DNA of 63,608 nucleotides, filler included, from Octopus bimaculoides (lineage: Eukaryota), in the NCBI RefSeq assembly GCF_001194135.2. It is 8 parts of 7 records of this genome, joined end to end, with 100 filler letters (N's around TTAATTAATTAA, not from the genome) between each part and the next. Parts side by side here need not be neighbours in the genome. Positions count along the whole stretch, not along the records: positions 30,163 to 44,461 come from NC_068993.1; positions 44,562 to 46,952 come from NC_069009.1; positions 47,053 to 53,441 come from NC_068987.1; 5 more parts are not named here. One strand, given 5' to 3'. The position numbers and the translations under genes are program-made. Positions 35,607 through 48,667 of the stretch are shown piece by piece (the first letter of the stretch is position 1; the number at the start of each line of letters is the position of its first letter). Below the pieces are notes generated by a model. The model saw nothing but the letters and a program-made list of their open reading frames with translations, was not told the DNA's origin and made no database searches.

Positions 35607-37545
35607 TTAATAATGATAATAAGAATAAGAATAATGTACGCATACGACACACAATCTATATATAGGTGTAGCTGCATATTTAAATAGCTATGCATAATTC
35701 AGTGTATTTTAATACCTAAGTAATAGCAAAAATGACTTTTTACTTATGAAACAAATCAATCATTTTCATTATTCCTTTATTCTTAAAAAAAATGAACAAC
35801 GAATGCTTTATGTATTACAGGGGTGGAGGAAAGCGGATGTAAGTAAAACCTGATCAACGTGTTGAAAAAAAACTATTTTAGGCCTAATGCATCGTTTCCA
35901 TCATATTTTCACACTTTTATGCTGTCTAAATAAGCTGCTATACACAATTCAGTTCAAATCGAATGTGATAAATTATGTAGAAAATTTTCCTAGAAATAAA
36001 ACAAACGAAAGATATTTTGGCCTTCTAACAGGATGAAAATATCTTTCGGCTATTTATTTCTAAAATATCATTCCGGTAAAATTGGTGCAATGAAGAAGAA
36101 AAATTGAAAATGTTTAAAGGAGATAAATACAATTTCCGAAAGAAAAGCAAAATGGCTAGATCTGGGCAATTATCTTCATCATTGAGCGGTGAATCAATGA
36201 AGGACAGAAATTTTTATTTCTGCAAATATAATCATTTTAATGTAAAGATGATTACACATAATTTGGAAGTCTTTATTAATCATACATCATGGAATTATCA
36301 CTTCATAAAGTGCAATAGCTTTATTAATGAGAACTAAACCAAAAACTCCTCAACGACTGACCGATGAGTTTGGAAGGAAAATTTGTGCTTTTCACAAGAC
36401 TAATTAGGCTTAAGAAAAAAATCTTGTTTTGGATGGTCTCAGATAATAAACATGATGTTGTAAGCAATAAATTTACAGATATAAAATATACTAAAACTAT
36501 TATCACTAAGATCATTAGACACGTGAAGCAGTATCATATATTTATATCAGCATGTTCTACTCATGGAACAAAGTTGCTCGATATGTTAATTCATAAAATA
36601 AAATTAATTTAAAGAACTTTGACCCAACGATGTCATGTTAATGATGAGAAGTGGATGAAAAGGAAATAATACTTTGGGTTAAAAACAAGTTGGGTAAACA
36701 TTCAACAGTACTTAAAAATACCTTTTTCTATTTGTCTAGAATTCCTCTAGAGCTCACAAGACAATCAAACAAGTGAGGGAAAAAACACAATCGGTTATTA
36801 GACCCGGCAGTTAAAATTACTTGCAGCCTCTCAGTGTTTCTATAAATAAAACTTTTGTTCTAACAATAAACTCTTTATTGCATTGATAAACGGTTTATTC
36901 TAAATAACCTTTTTATTAAATGAAGTAACCCTTTAAAATTTTAATGAGAGAAAAATGAAAGAACTGTATACAGCAGACAGATTTTACTATGATCCTCAAC
37001 TGGGTGAAGGAAGAGATTGAATTGCTCAGGAGTGCATGTGGGGGAAGTATTTTTGGGAGAAAGTAAGAAAAGACAGTCGAATGGTCGTAAAGTGCTTCAT
37101 ACCGCCTTACCGATCGGGAAGGGCAGATTGTTTTTCCCTTCTGGTAACTATAACAAAAGAGATTGTATACTAAACAAGATTAAAAGGACTGATGACTGAA
37201 ACTTTCTTCTTAGGCCAAGTTCTCTTTCTTTTCTGTGGTTCCATTTGCGAGGCAGGCAAGACGGAGATATCACAGTAAATTTTCTGAAATGTATTTGAGT
37301 GACGAATATGTTCTGATAGAAAGGCCCTACCCTTAATGTGAGCCTGAGCAGCACAGCTAGGACAGAGCACATGCTTTTGTGGATAAAGGTAGATCTCAAT
37401 TCTCTGATTCATCCTAATATCTCTCTTTTGAAAGGTTTTATGTCATATGTTTGTATTTTTTTTCAGGCTGGGTTAGCAAGCCCACTGTTTTAGTAATCTG
37501 TTCTCTTACTGTTCTGTCATTCGTCGTCCCTCTGGCACATAAAGA

Positions 37546-38404
37546 AATTATTATTATTATTTTATGTTTGACTTTTGCTTTGCATTTGTACAAGTTGGCT
37601 CCAAGTCTCACCCAGAAACCTCAAGAGACAACAAGTTAGAAGTTCATGTAGGTGTTATGCCTAGGGTACCATATATTTGGTTTTGTACATAGTGTTGTTC
37701 TAGAGAATTCTAAGAAACCATAAGAAAATTATGTTTGTTTCAAAATTTGAGATTACATAGAAAGTATTTTACGTAGGATATGGGCAGTTCCCATGAGCAC
37801 TATCTTTTGACTTTCTGCCATTCTGGGGTTTCCTGGTATCCGAGCTAGGTAGGAATCAGTCCCTTTTGCTATCATTCCTAGGGCACTTATGACAACAGGT
37901 ATTATTTTAGTCTTCAGGAACCATATTTTGCTAATTTCTATTTCAAGATCTTTATACTTGTTTATATCGATTGAGACAGTCATATCAATGAGGAGGCATG
38001 ATTTTTGTCTGAAGTCTTTCAATCTGATGTCTGGCCTATTTGCATCTGTCTCTCTCTCTCTCAGTTTGAATGGTGAAGTTCCAGTGGAGTGAGATGGGAT
38101 CATTTTCAAGCACTGGAGGTGGTTTGTGTTCCCACCAGTTTTTCTGATGGGGTAAGTCCATGTTTTTGCAAATTACCGAGTGAATATATTGTGAAGCTCT
38201 ATCATGTCTGTTGAGATACTCTGTAAGCGCAAGAAGACTGCACTTGGAGACAACATGATCAATGGTTTCATTTTGTTGTCGACATACACGACATGTTGGG
38301 AAGCTGCCGTTCTTTAATATGTTGGCCTGGTAATTCCTTGTAGGTAGGCATTGATCTTGGTCTGCTATGATAAACCCTTCTGTTTCAGATGTTAAGCCAG
38401 AGGC
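37546..38404 (-). mobile_element. 5'-truncated R4/Dong-type LINE (zinc knuckle, REL endonuclease, 3' UTR) between (TAA)n tracts
   Basis: ORFs 38036-38548 (SGLTSETEG, CRVC..ETIDHVVSKC, RHD) and 37753-38109 (RPDI, KYKDLEIEI, PVVISALG, GTAHILRKILSM*). Confidence 0.92.
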
Positions 38405-38425
38405 CATTATTATTATTATTATTAT

Positions 38426-38481
<56 letters not shown>

Positions 38482-38544
38482 TTGTTATTATCATCCTCAT
38501 TATGATCATCATCATAATTGGTAGTATTATTGTTATTGTTGTTG

Positions 38545-38596
<52 letters not shown>

Positions 38597-38600
38597 CCAA
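38405..38600. repeat. (TTA)n(GTA)n(TTA)n compound microsatellite
   Basis: Direct reading. Confidence 0.95.
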
Positions 38601-40299
38601 TTTTGTGTAGTTTACACCACACGACTTGTAACCTTTCTTTGTAATTCCCGCTTACCCTGACGCCTCTATGACAAATAAAAGAAATCCTTATAATAATTAT
38701 TATTATTATTACTGTCATCATCATTATTACCACCATTGTCTAATTTACTGTTATTTCTGTTGTTTTGCCAACTCTGTAATAATTATTTTCAATTTATGTC
38801 TGAATGTATTTCCAGCATATTTACTTATTAGATTTTTTTATTCATCACCACCATTGCCACCACTACCATTTCTACCATCGCACTCGTTCTACACAAATTA
38901 ACACCCCACTCTCATTAAACCTCTCCCACCCTACACCTTACATGATCTAAACAACTATTATCATTATGTATCTATATGTTTTCATTTCATCTAATTATTT
39001 TTTCAGCATATTAGACATTTGAAAGAGAAAAATTTATCTTGGATGAAATAAGAAAATAAAAAACAGTAAATTAATTTTCGAAAAAATAAAAATCCTATAG
39101 TGAAATTTTAATTGTGTCAGTATCCATTTTTTCAGGTACTTTCTTTTTTTCTTTCGATGCATTTATTTAATAATGTATTGTATTTATTTGATTATTTTAT
39201 TTTAATTTCTTCAGCAATAAACTCTCCTTTCCTTTATTAATTACAAACCATTTATTTAAATCTAATAGAATAGTCCTTAGTGTTTTGGAAGGCGGCACCA
39301 ATTGTTGAAGAGAAATTAAAACAGAAAAGCAAAAGATTTCTTCTGATTTAAATCACGCGCGCGCGTACATGTATGTATATACATGCATACATACATATAC
39401 ACACACACACATACAAACATATATATATTTACTTTTTCTTAAGTTACATATATATATATATATATACACACACACANNNNNNNNNNNNNNNNNNNNNNNN
39501 NNNNNNNNNNNNNNNNNNNNNNNNNNNNNNNNNNNNNNNNNNNNNNNNNNNNNNNNNNNNNNNNNNNNNNNNNNNNNNNNNNNNNNNNNNNNNNNNNNNN
39601 NNNNNNNNNNNNNNNNNNNNNNNNNNNNNNNNNNNNNNNNNNNNNNNNNNNNNNNNNNNNNNNNNNNNNNNNNNNNNNNNNNNNNNNNNNNNNNNNNNNN
39701 NNNNNNNNNNNNNNNNNNNNNNNNNNNNNNNNNNNNNNNNNNNNNNNNNNNNNNNNNTAATATTAATTTTTAGAAAATCATTAGCAAACATCAAGATTTC
39801 CCCCAACAACGAAAGATAATAATTTCCAGTGAAATTAATTTTTAATTTCTCCAGCATTCGCTAGCAATTACCACTAATGGTTTCTTTCGCCAAAACAAAC
39901 TTTGAATCTGTTCTACGAATTTTCCTTCTACGTCATTAAAGCACCACCTACCTAACTTCTCGTGGTTCATGCCGAGTTACATTTAGCTGCTCCGTTCGAC
40001 ATAATTTTGAGGTTTTTGTTTTGGGATTTGCTGATTTCAACAATGTGATTTAATTATAAAATTGTTTCTGTTCTTGTTGTTGTGGTTGCTGCTGCTGCTC
40101 TTGCTGCTGCTGCTGCTAACATAACATTCTGATATTGCTACTCTTGTTCAACCCTAGGAAAGTTCTGATCGAGCCTAACTCTCCACCAAAAGCGTTTGAT
40201 CTGTGTACAACCAGTAATATTGCATATCATGGGCGATATTATACTATGTCTCCTTCCTTCCTCAAAACTTGAGATAGATGCGGCTGCCATTTTGTGGAG

Positions 40300-40581
40300 T
40301 GGTGGGTAGTTGTGATGGTCAGTAGTACTAGTGGTGATGTGACTGAGACTGTGGGACTGGCGGTGGTGCCAGTGATTGCAGTAGTGGTACTAGCAGTAGT
40401 AGTTGTGGCGCTGGATTATAGTAGTAGTAAGAGCAGTGGGACTGATAGTGCCGGTGTTAGTGGTGGTGGTGGCAGTAACAGCAACAGTAGTAGTAGTAGT
40501 TGTTGTTGTAGTATTAGTAGTAGTAGTAGTAGTAGTAGTGGTAGTAGTAGTAGCAGCAGCAGCAGTAGTAGTAGTAGTAGT

Positions 40582-40616
<35 letters not shown>

Positions 40617-40622
40617 TAATAA

Positions 40623-40662
<40 letters not shown>

Positions 40663-40950
40663 NNNNNNNNNNNNNNNNTAGTGGTGGTGGTGGCAGTAAC
40701 AGCAACAGTAGTAGTAGTAGTTGTTGTTGTTGTTGTTGTTGTAGTTGCAGCAGCAGCAGCACCAGCAGCAGCACCACCACCAGCAGCAGCAGCAGTAGTA
40801 GTAGTAGTAGTCTCATTTGTTGTTTCGACTTTTTGTCATCGCAACCGTCATTACAGCTGCTTCGGTTGCTGCTGCTGCCTCCGTCTTTGTCGTGGGTATT
40901 GTTGTTGATGATGATGGCGATCATGACGATGATGATGATGATGACGACGA
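40300..40950. repeat. (AGT)n/(AGC)n/(GTT)n/(GAT)n trinucleotide low-complexity tract
   Basis: Direct reading; source of the poly-S, poly-V and poly-Y ORFs. Confidence 0.9.
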
Positions 40951-41159
40951 CAATAACGTATTTTGGGATAAAGAAATTAACTATACAAAAATAGTCTGAG
41001 AAGATTTTTTCTTTAAATTTCCTATTTTTTTTTAATTTTTGCTTACTGTATTTTTTTTTTTTTGAAGCAATTATGTTTCAATTTTCACCATGTCATTTCA
41101 GCCTATTTTAGCAACTTTATCTCAATATTTTCATCGTTAAAAGGAAATGATTGCCGTTA

Positions 41160-41545
41160 TTTGCGCCAGACAAAATGCGTTCATTTTTTCCCTCCTTTGT
41201 TCTAAGTTCGAATTCCGACGAAGTCAGCTATTTTAATCCGTCCTGGGGCTCGATAGAGTAAACTACTATTGAAGTATTGGAATCTATCTAATCGGTTCAT
41301 CCCTCCCTTTGTATTGCTGGTTTAGCGTCCAAATAAAAATAATGAAACGCCAGGCAAAATGCTTAGCGGCATTTCGTCCGTCTTTAAGTTCTGAGTTCAA
41401 ATCCTGTCCGTCCTTACGTTCTGAGTTCAAATTATGCCGACGTCGACTTTACTTTTCATTCTTTCGGGGTCGATAAAATAAGTATTAGTTGAGTACAGGG
41501 ATCAATGCGATCGACTTACCGCCTCACCTGAAACTGCTGACCTTG
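41160..41545 (+). mobile_element. Two tandem SINE family C copies, the second with an internal duplication of the B-box region
   Basis: gtccgtc(t/c)tta(a/c)gttctgagttcaaat twice at about 41376-41435; core ttcattctttcggggtcgataaaataagta. Confidence 0.8.
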
Positions 41546-44500
41546 GCAGTGTCATTGGAGCGTCAAGCAATCTATCCTGCGACAAACAATCTATCCAGCA
41601 ACTATGTTTCGTATATGAGAGAAATATTTCGGCTTCCTTAAGTGACTAAAATCAAAAAGAAACATCATTCTTTTTTCTTTTCTTGCAGTTTTCTAAATCT
41701 TGTTCGGCAATGACCTCAGACTTAATCCTTCCTCATAGGGAGTTTGCTGATGCACGTCCAATTATTTGCTGCTGCTGTTGTTGTTGTTGTTGTTGTTGTT
41801 GTTGCTGTCATTTTACGAGCATGAGCTTCGACAGTGGTATGTGATTCTTCTTCACGGTTGATGAATGTTTTTCTTCGTTTATTTTGTAAATAAAGGACTT
41901 AGTTGGTATGATAACATCTCCTCTGCTTTTTAGACATGTCTTAATTTCTGTAAATATAATATCACTTACTACAACAAAGGAGAAAAACAAAACAGAGGAA
42001 CAGAAACTTGTTTGGAACCAAAGGAAAATAATGTTTTTCCACAATAAAAGATGCATGAAAATACCGACATAATGAAACCAGACAACCAAAGCACAGTGAT
42101 TTCATTATCATTAACAACAGCAAACACTCAAACACACAACTTAGCGATGTTGTTATTTTGAATTGTGTAAAAAAAATATATTAACAGTATTTCAGTGAAA
42201 AGCAATAACATTATAAACAACACGTTTGACAACAATAAAAACAACCATAATGACGCCGGCGAGAACAAAAACAACAATATTCGTAGATACACGCACATAT
42301 TGTCAAACGAAAGTATTTTGAGCAGAGGAGAAGTTTCAGCTTTTGCGAGCGTCCTCTTCACATAATGGTCATATGCAACATTTAAGTAAGCGAAACGACT
42401 TCATGGCAAATTTATAACATACAAACAGATGTTTCTTTTCTCTAAACAATCACCTAGACACGAAGAAGAAGAAAGTATCTTGTCGAAGCCAAAATGGTTT
42501 TCTATATGCCCTCCAAAGACCAACTTAAGGCCAACCTCACCGCCGCGTGGAACTAAAAGTTCTACATAGGCAGAAGGAAGACATGTTGTACAACATATAT
42601 TGTTTTTAGAACTGAGTGTAGAGTGAGAGCAGAAACTCAGTACATGACACACCTGCCCATAAGCTGGTCCTACGGTATTTGGGACAGATTAAAACGAGGC
42701 TAAGCCCACAGAGTATTGGTCACAATGTCTACCCCTGAATCATAATCATTTTACTTGCACAGAACGAGCAAGTGGTCAACGCTGATTTGACGCGGAACAT
42801 ATAAGCCCTCGTAACACTACAACACCACGAAATGGTCTCAGAGTTGTTCCCAGTAGTGGTACCAGAAGAAATACTTTTAAGAATGATTATTCAAAGCAGA
42901 AACTCAGCTAAAGATATGGCACAAAAAGTCGTTTAAGAAATTTCTGTCGAGATGTGCCGAAAAGGAGAAAGCAACAACAGCATCAGCAGACCACGGGGCT
43001 GCTGCTTCTAAAACAACATTAATTACTAATCTGGAGACGTTGGAAAAGATTGTCCTAACTTTTAGAGGCTCAGAGGTCTGTTCCCCTTTAACCCCAATCC
43101 TCTACCACAGTAGCAGGTGAGCAGTGACGTGGTGTATTCTATCCGACGGAATTGCTATTTTCTCACTTCTAAGCGAGTGACTTATCTGAAGTGAAAACAA
43201 ATATGCATACTTACATAATAATTAGCTTGAATAATGGAGCAATTCGTCTTACTACAATTGTTTCGTCGACATTTTAACAGAAGATTATTGCTGCAATATT
43301 ATTATAAAATATACAAAATAATATATCAAATCAGTATTCTTTTATCAATACCGGAAAATATCGACTCAACAGGTTTGCATATAAAATTGATTTGCTGAAT
43401 GAACCTGTACTTCACACAATATATACCCCTCATTGAAAATGTCCTTATTTTATTAACATGTGAAAGCTAAAACAGAAAAAAAAAAACATAAACTACAAAT
43501 GCAAATCAACTAATCTAGAAATAGGATAAATCAAAGAGAAGAAAAGGATAAATGGAAAATAAATAAATAAATAAAATAAATGCATACATAAATGATATAC
43601 GGTAATAGATCTTGGTGTCTCAAGAATCATATGTCTATTAATAGCTTGTATATTCTCTAAAGTCATTAAGGTGGCTGACACCAGAATTCATTATCTACTT
43701 CGTAATTTGATACTGCTCTTTGTTACCTAGAGTTAATTGTCAAAAGTTTCTCGCCACCGATTGATTTACTAGCAAACTGCTAGTAAAAATATTTATCATG
43801 TTCTCCCATTCTCACGAACACACAAACTAGTATTTCTCTAGGCAGATAAAAGTAAGTTATAGCTAGGATGTGTTTTTTCTGAATAAATAGATAAATCAAG
43901 AGAATAATTAAAATTATGTAGAATGTTCAGGGAATGAGAAACCAATTCTCATATTATTATCTCTACACGTATAATGTTAAAAATAATAAATAATGCATAG
44001 CAACTAAATTAAAATTATCAGAAACTAAAAAAAAATAGTGTAGTATTTATATAGTCATTCACGCATACACCCATACACTCACATATTTACACCGTTACAG
44101 AAATACCAAGGTAAAGACAGACACACTTGTACACTCATAAACATATTCTTTTACACATACAGATGGATAGATAGATAGATAGATAGATAGATACATTTCT
44201 TTTATTAGCCACACAGGGCTCAACATAGAGGGGACAAAATACAAATGTAGAGTTTTTCTTTTCGATGGGGACGAAAATAAAGTTAAAAAAATTAAAATGG
44301 GGATAACGATGAAAAGGCATCGAGAAAACGTTTGGGATATGTACAAAAAAAATGAAAATATTACAAAAATTTCCCAATAAATGGGGAGGTTATCCGTGGA
44401 AAGAAAAACCTACGGAAAATACGACGGTAACTTCGGTCCTTAGTGTCACAATTTGTTAAATNNNNNNNNNNNNNNNNNNNNNNNNNNNNNNNNNNNNNNN

Positions 44501-44583
44501 NNNNNTTAATTAATTAANNNNNNNNNNNNNNNNNNNNNNNNNNNNNNNNNNNNNNNNNNNNGCGCACACACATATATATATAT

Positions 44584-44715
44584 GTATTCTTTCTGTTGAA
44601 GAGCGTAGCTCGAAACGTCAAATACTTTCCGTATTCCCGAGCGTCATACTAATATATACTTTTGTTATTTACACCACCTGTCCTCGTCTGTTGTTATTTT
44701 TTGTATATTCTCCCA
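44584..44715 (+). ncRNA. Minimal hammerhead-like motif (CTGTTGA variant) heading a short element that ends in (AT)n
   Basis: TTT-CTGTTGA-A-GAGC-GTA-GCTC-GAAA-CG-TC-AAA (44590-44622). Downstream tttcc...gagcgtc...taata is shared with the 18.1-kb copy. Confidence 0.6.
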
Positions 44716-44828
44716 TATATATATATATATATATATAAGGGGAGATAGATAGATAGAGAGAGATAGATACACTTGAAAACCTATTTCTATGTTTTTATTA
44801 TCTATCTATCTAGCTATATATCTATATA

Positions 44829-44867
<39 letters not shown>

Positions 44868-45300
44868 GTGTATGTATGTATGATATACCCTGTACACATA
44901 TATTGTGTTTCTGTATGTGCATTTGTTGGTGCATGTATGTGTGATGTGTGGCACATGTATATGAGTGTGTGTGTGTATCACATACTGTGTATATATGTAT
45001 TGAAGGTATACATTCTGTTTGTTATGTACAAACTACTTCTTTCAAATTGAAGATTGTCTATTGTTTAAAAAAAAAATGCACAGTTTTATGTTTGGCTCTG
45101 TATCAAATTGTTTATTTCAGTTGCAAAGAGCACACACACACACGTACATACACACACACACTCATACACACACACACTCATACACACATATATACATATA
45201 TATATGTATGTGTGTGTATATATTCATGTATATATATATATGTATATATATGTATATATATATATGTATATATATGTATATATATATATGTATATATATG

Positions 45301-45339
<39 letters not shown>

Positions 45340-46062
45340 GTATATGTGTGTGTATATATATGTATATGTGTGTGTATATATATATATATGTGTGTGTGTG
45401 TGTATATATATATATATGTATATATATATGTATATGTATATATATATGTATATATATATATATATGTGTATGTGTGTATATATATATGTATGTATATATA
45501 TATGNNNNNNNNNNNNNNNNNNNNNNNNNNNNNNNNNNNNNNNNNNNNNNNNNNNNNNNNNNNNNNNNNNNNNNNNNNNNNNNNNNNNNNNNNNNNNNNN
45601 NNNNNNNNNNNNNNNNNNNNNNNNNNNNNNNNNNNNNNNNNNNNNNNNNNNNNNNNNNNNNNNNNNNNNNNNNNNNNNNNNNNNNNNNNNNNNNNNNNNN
45701 NNNNNNNNNNNNNNNNNNNNNNNNNNNNNNNNNNNNNNNNNNNNNNNNNNNNNNNNNNNNNNNNNNNNNNNNNNNNNNNNNNNNNNNNNNNNNNNNNNNN
45801 NNNNNNNNNNNNNNNNNNNNNNNNNNNNNNNNNNNNNNNNNNNNNNNNNNNNNNNNNNNNNNNNNNNNNNNNNNNNNNNNNNNNNNNNNNNNNNNNNNNN
45901 NNNNNNNNNNNNNNNNNNNNNNNNNNNNNNNNNNNNNNNNNNNNNNNNNNNNNNNNNNNNNNNNNNNNNNNNNNNNNNNNNNNNNNNNNNNNNNNNNNNN
46001 NNNNNNNNNNNNNNNNNNNNNNNNNNNNNNNNNNNNNNNNNNNNNNNNNNNNNNNNNNNNNN

Positions 46063-46450
46063 ACTCTGTTACTTGTTTCGGTCATTTGACTGCGGCCATG
46101 CTCGAGCACCGCCTTTAGTCGAGCAAATCGACCCCAGGACTTATTCTTTGTAAGCCTGGTACTTATTCTATCGGTCTCTTTTTGCCGAACTGCTAAGTGA
46201 TGGGGACGTAAACACACCAGCGTCAGTTGTCAAGCGATGGTGGGGGTACAGACACACAAACACATGCATAAATATGTATATATATAAATACGACGAGCTT
46301 CTTTCAGTTTTTATCTACCAAATCCACTCACAAGGCTTTGGTTGGCCCAAGGCTATAGTAGGAGACACTTGCCCAAAGTGCCACGCAGTGAGACTGAACC
46401 CGGATTCATTTGGTTGGTAAGCAAGCTACTTAACACACAACCACTCCTGC
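46063..46450 (-). mobile_element. Full-length SINE family B
   Basis: Reverse complement of the 18501-18903 sequence. Confidence 0.9.
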
Positions 46451-46870
46451 TGTTGCCAGCAGAAAGATGGATAGATAAATGGATGGATGGATGGATAGAT
46501 AGGTAGGTAGGTAGATAGATAGATTGATGGATAGACAAACAGACTGACATGAATACATAGAGACAGACAGACAGACTCAGATTGACAGATGGATAATGGT
46601 CATGTGTGTGTCTATGCGTCCTTGTTTATGGCCACAGCAGTCCAAAACACATGTTGTTTATTTCCTATCCCTTTCTGTCCCCTACAACTTGGCAGTTCAA
46701 CAAATAGTGTTCAATGAAGTAGGCTGGTTAGAGACCAAAATAAAGGAGGGGTCGATTTGATTGACTGAAGTCCTTCGGGAATCTGACCTATTCTGGCTGC
46801 AGTCCAATAACTAAAACAAATAAAAGAATATACATACATACATACATACATACACATGTATGTATATGTG

Positions 46871-46952
<82 letters not shown>

Positions 46953-47169
46953 NNNNNNNNNNNNNNNNNNNNNNNNNNNNNNNNNNNNNNNNNNNNTTAA
47001 TTAATTAANNNNNNNNNNNNNNNNNNNNNNNNNNNNNNNNNNNNNNNNNNNNATATATATATATATATATATATACGTGTGTGTGTATTGGAAAATGATT
47101 TAAAAATTGATGGGAAGTATTTTATTGGAGGTATATATAAATTTCTTTTAAAGTGTTTCTTCTTATTTG

Positions 47170-47620
47170 TTGGTTGGAATTGTTGGAAATATAGTTTGTA
47201 CTTGTTAATAAATTGTCTTTCTCTGTTGTTCGTTGAAAGAATCTGTGCCACTTATAGTGGGGAAAGCTTTTGAAATTGGGTAAGCCCATTCCTGCATAGG
47301 TTGCAATGTGACTGCTTAAAGGAATTGTCTCGGATATATGGGCGATGGGCCGTCATTCGTTGCGTAAGGATCCGCACGCCTGGCATGTAATCAAGTTGGC
47401 AACCTTTGCATTTGATTGCGCTGATCAGCTATTCTGCGTTGTAGGTGATATTCGATTTAACATTCAGGGTTTGGTCGGCTTTGAATTTAGATTCTAGTCC
47501 CTCCATTAGGTAACGGTAAGTACCGCATTTTATTCTTTCGCATTTTGGTACAGTTGAGGTGATGGTTTCTTAATGCGCTTTTGCTCCGCTGAGAAAGAGT
47601 TTTAGCGTCTTGGGCTACCT
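47170..47620 (-). pseudogene. Decayed GIY-YIG endonuclease region of a Penelope-like retroelement
   Basis: Minus frame: PKTLKLFLSGAKAH*...VPKCERIKCGTYRYLMEG...NVKSNITYNAE*LISAIKCKGCQLDYMPG..LTQRMTAHRPYIRD..SHCNLC, then RERQFINKYK. This fits the PLE linker Cys motif plus the L/VIY..C..C..YIG..R..HR..IR signature. Confidence 0.8.
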
Positions 47621-48348
47621 TTCCCCAAAATTAGGAATAAAATCCCGAAAGAACGAAATGAAAAATACAAATTAATTTTGTGGTTCTAGAACCTACCAGT
47701 TCTTTCTAGCGTAAGGAATCCCATGTCAAATACAGACAGCTAATTCTTTTTTATACATAAAGTCTATTTTTATAATGTACACATATATTTAAGAAGGACT
47801 TATGGGGAATGTCTACCAATGTCTCATACAGGAACATTAATGTTTCCTTTCATTTATTTTAGAATGCTTTGAAATATAAAAGTTCTATTGCATGTTGAAA
47901 TTTAAGGAAAGAAAATAAAATCTTATTGCATGAGCGTAATTTTAACTGCTATAATTTTTAAAGAAATAAAAGTTATATATTTAGATTGGTAAATATTATC
48001 ACCTGAATGATAATTTAAATTCTACTTTTTTCATTACTATCTCGGTGTTCACAGGTGGTGCAAAATAAGTGATGATTCAGGGTTAATACGTACTGTAATG
48101 AAACGTTCAAATTTCAGATACCTATACACATATGTACGTGTGTGTATAAATACACCCACATATCCATATACACACACCCACACACACATACACACACATA
48201 CACATACACACACATATACACACACATACACACACACATACACTCATATTTAGATCTATCTCACTAGGTATATATAAATATGCACGTTTAGGCGTGCGTG
48301 CATATATGTATGTGTATGTAATATTATTATCTATATGTATATCTGTAT

Positions 48349-48667
48349 CATCATCATCATCATCATCATCATCGTTTAACGTCCGCCTTCCATGCTAGCA
48401 TGGGTTGGACGATTTGACTGAGGACTGGTGAAACCGGATGGCAACACCAGGCTCCAATCTAATTTGGCAGAGTTTCTACAGCTGGATGCCCTTCCTAACG
48501 CCAACCACTCAGAGAGTGTAGTGGGTGCTTTTACGTGTCACCCGCACGAAAACGGCCACGCTCGAAATGGTGTCTTTTATGTGCCACCCACACAAGAGCC
48601 AGTCCAGGGGCGCCGGCAACGATCTCGCTCGAGAAACCTCACGTGTCACTCGCACAAGAGCCAGTCC
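48349..48667 (-). mobile_element. RTE-type LINE 3' UTR/tail copy truncated by gap
   Basis: Near-identical to 19486-19785. Confidence 0.85.

Noticed and set aside
36104-37412. Short ORFs of 60-83 aa in unique-looking DNA
   Set aside because: No recognisable motifs, no consistent splice frame, and lengths expected by chance.
40294-40924. Ser-rich and Val-rich ORFs as a mucin-like or membrane protein
   Set aside because: Pure trinucleotide-repeat translation on both strands; contains an N gap.
47516-47521. GTAAGT donor after ...GTA ACG (V-T) as the missing upstream GABA-B exon end
   Set aside because: The preceding in-frame codon is TAG, and the region is better explained as the antisense of the Penelope GIY-YIG remnant.
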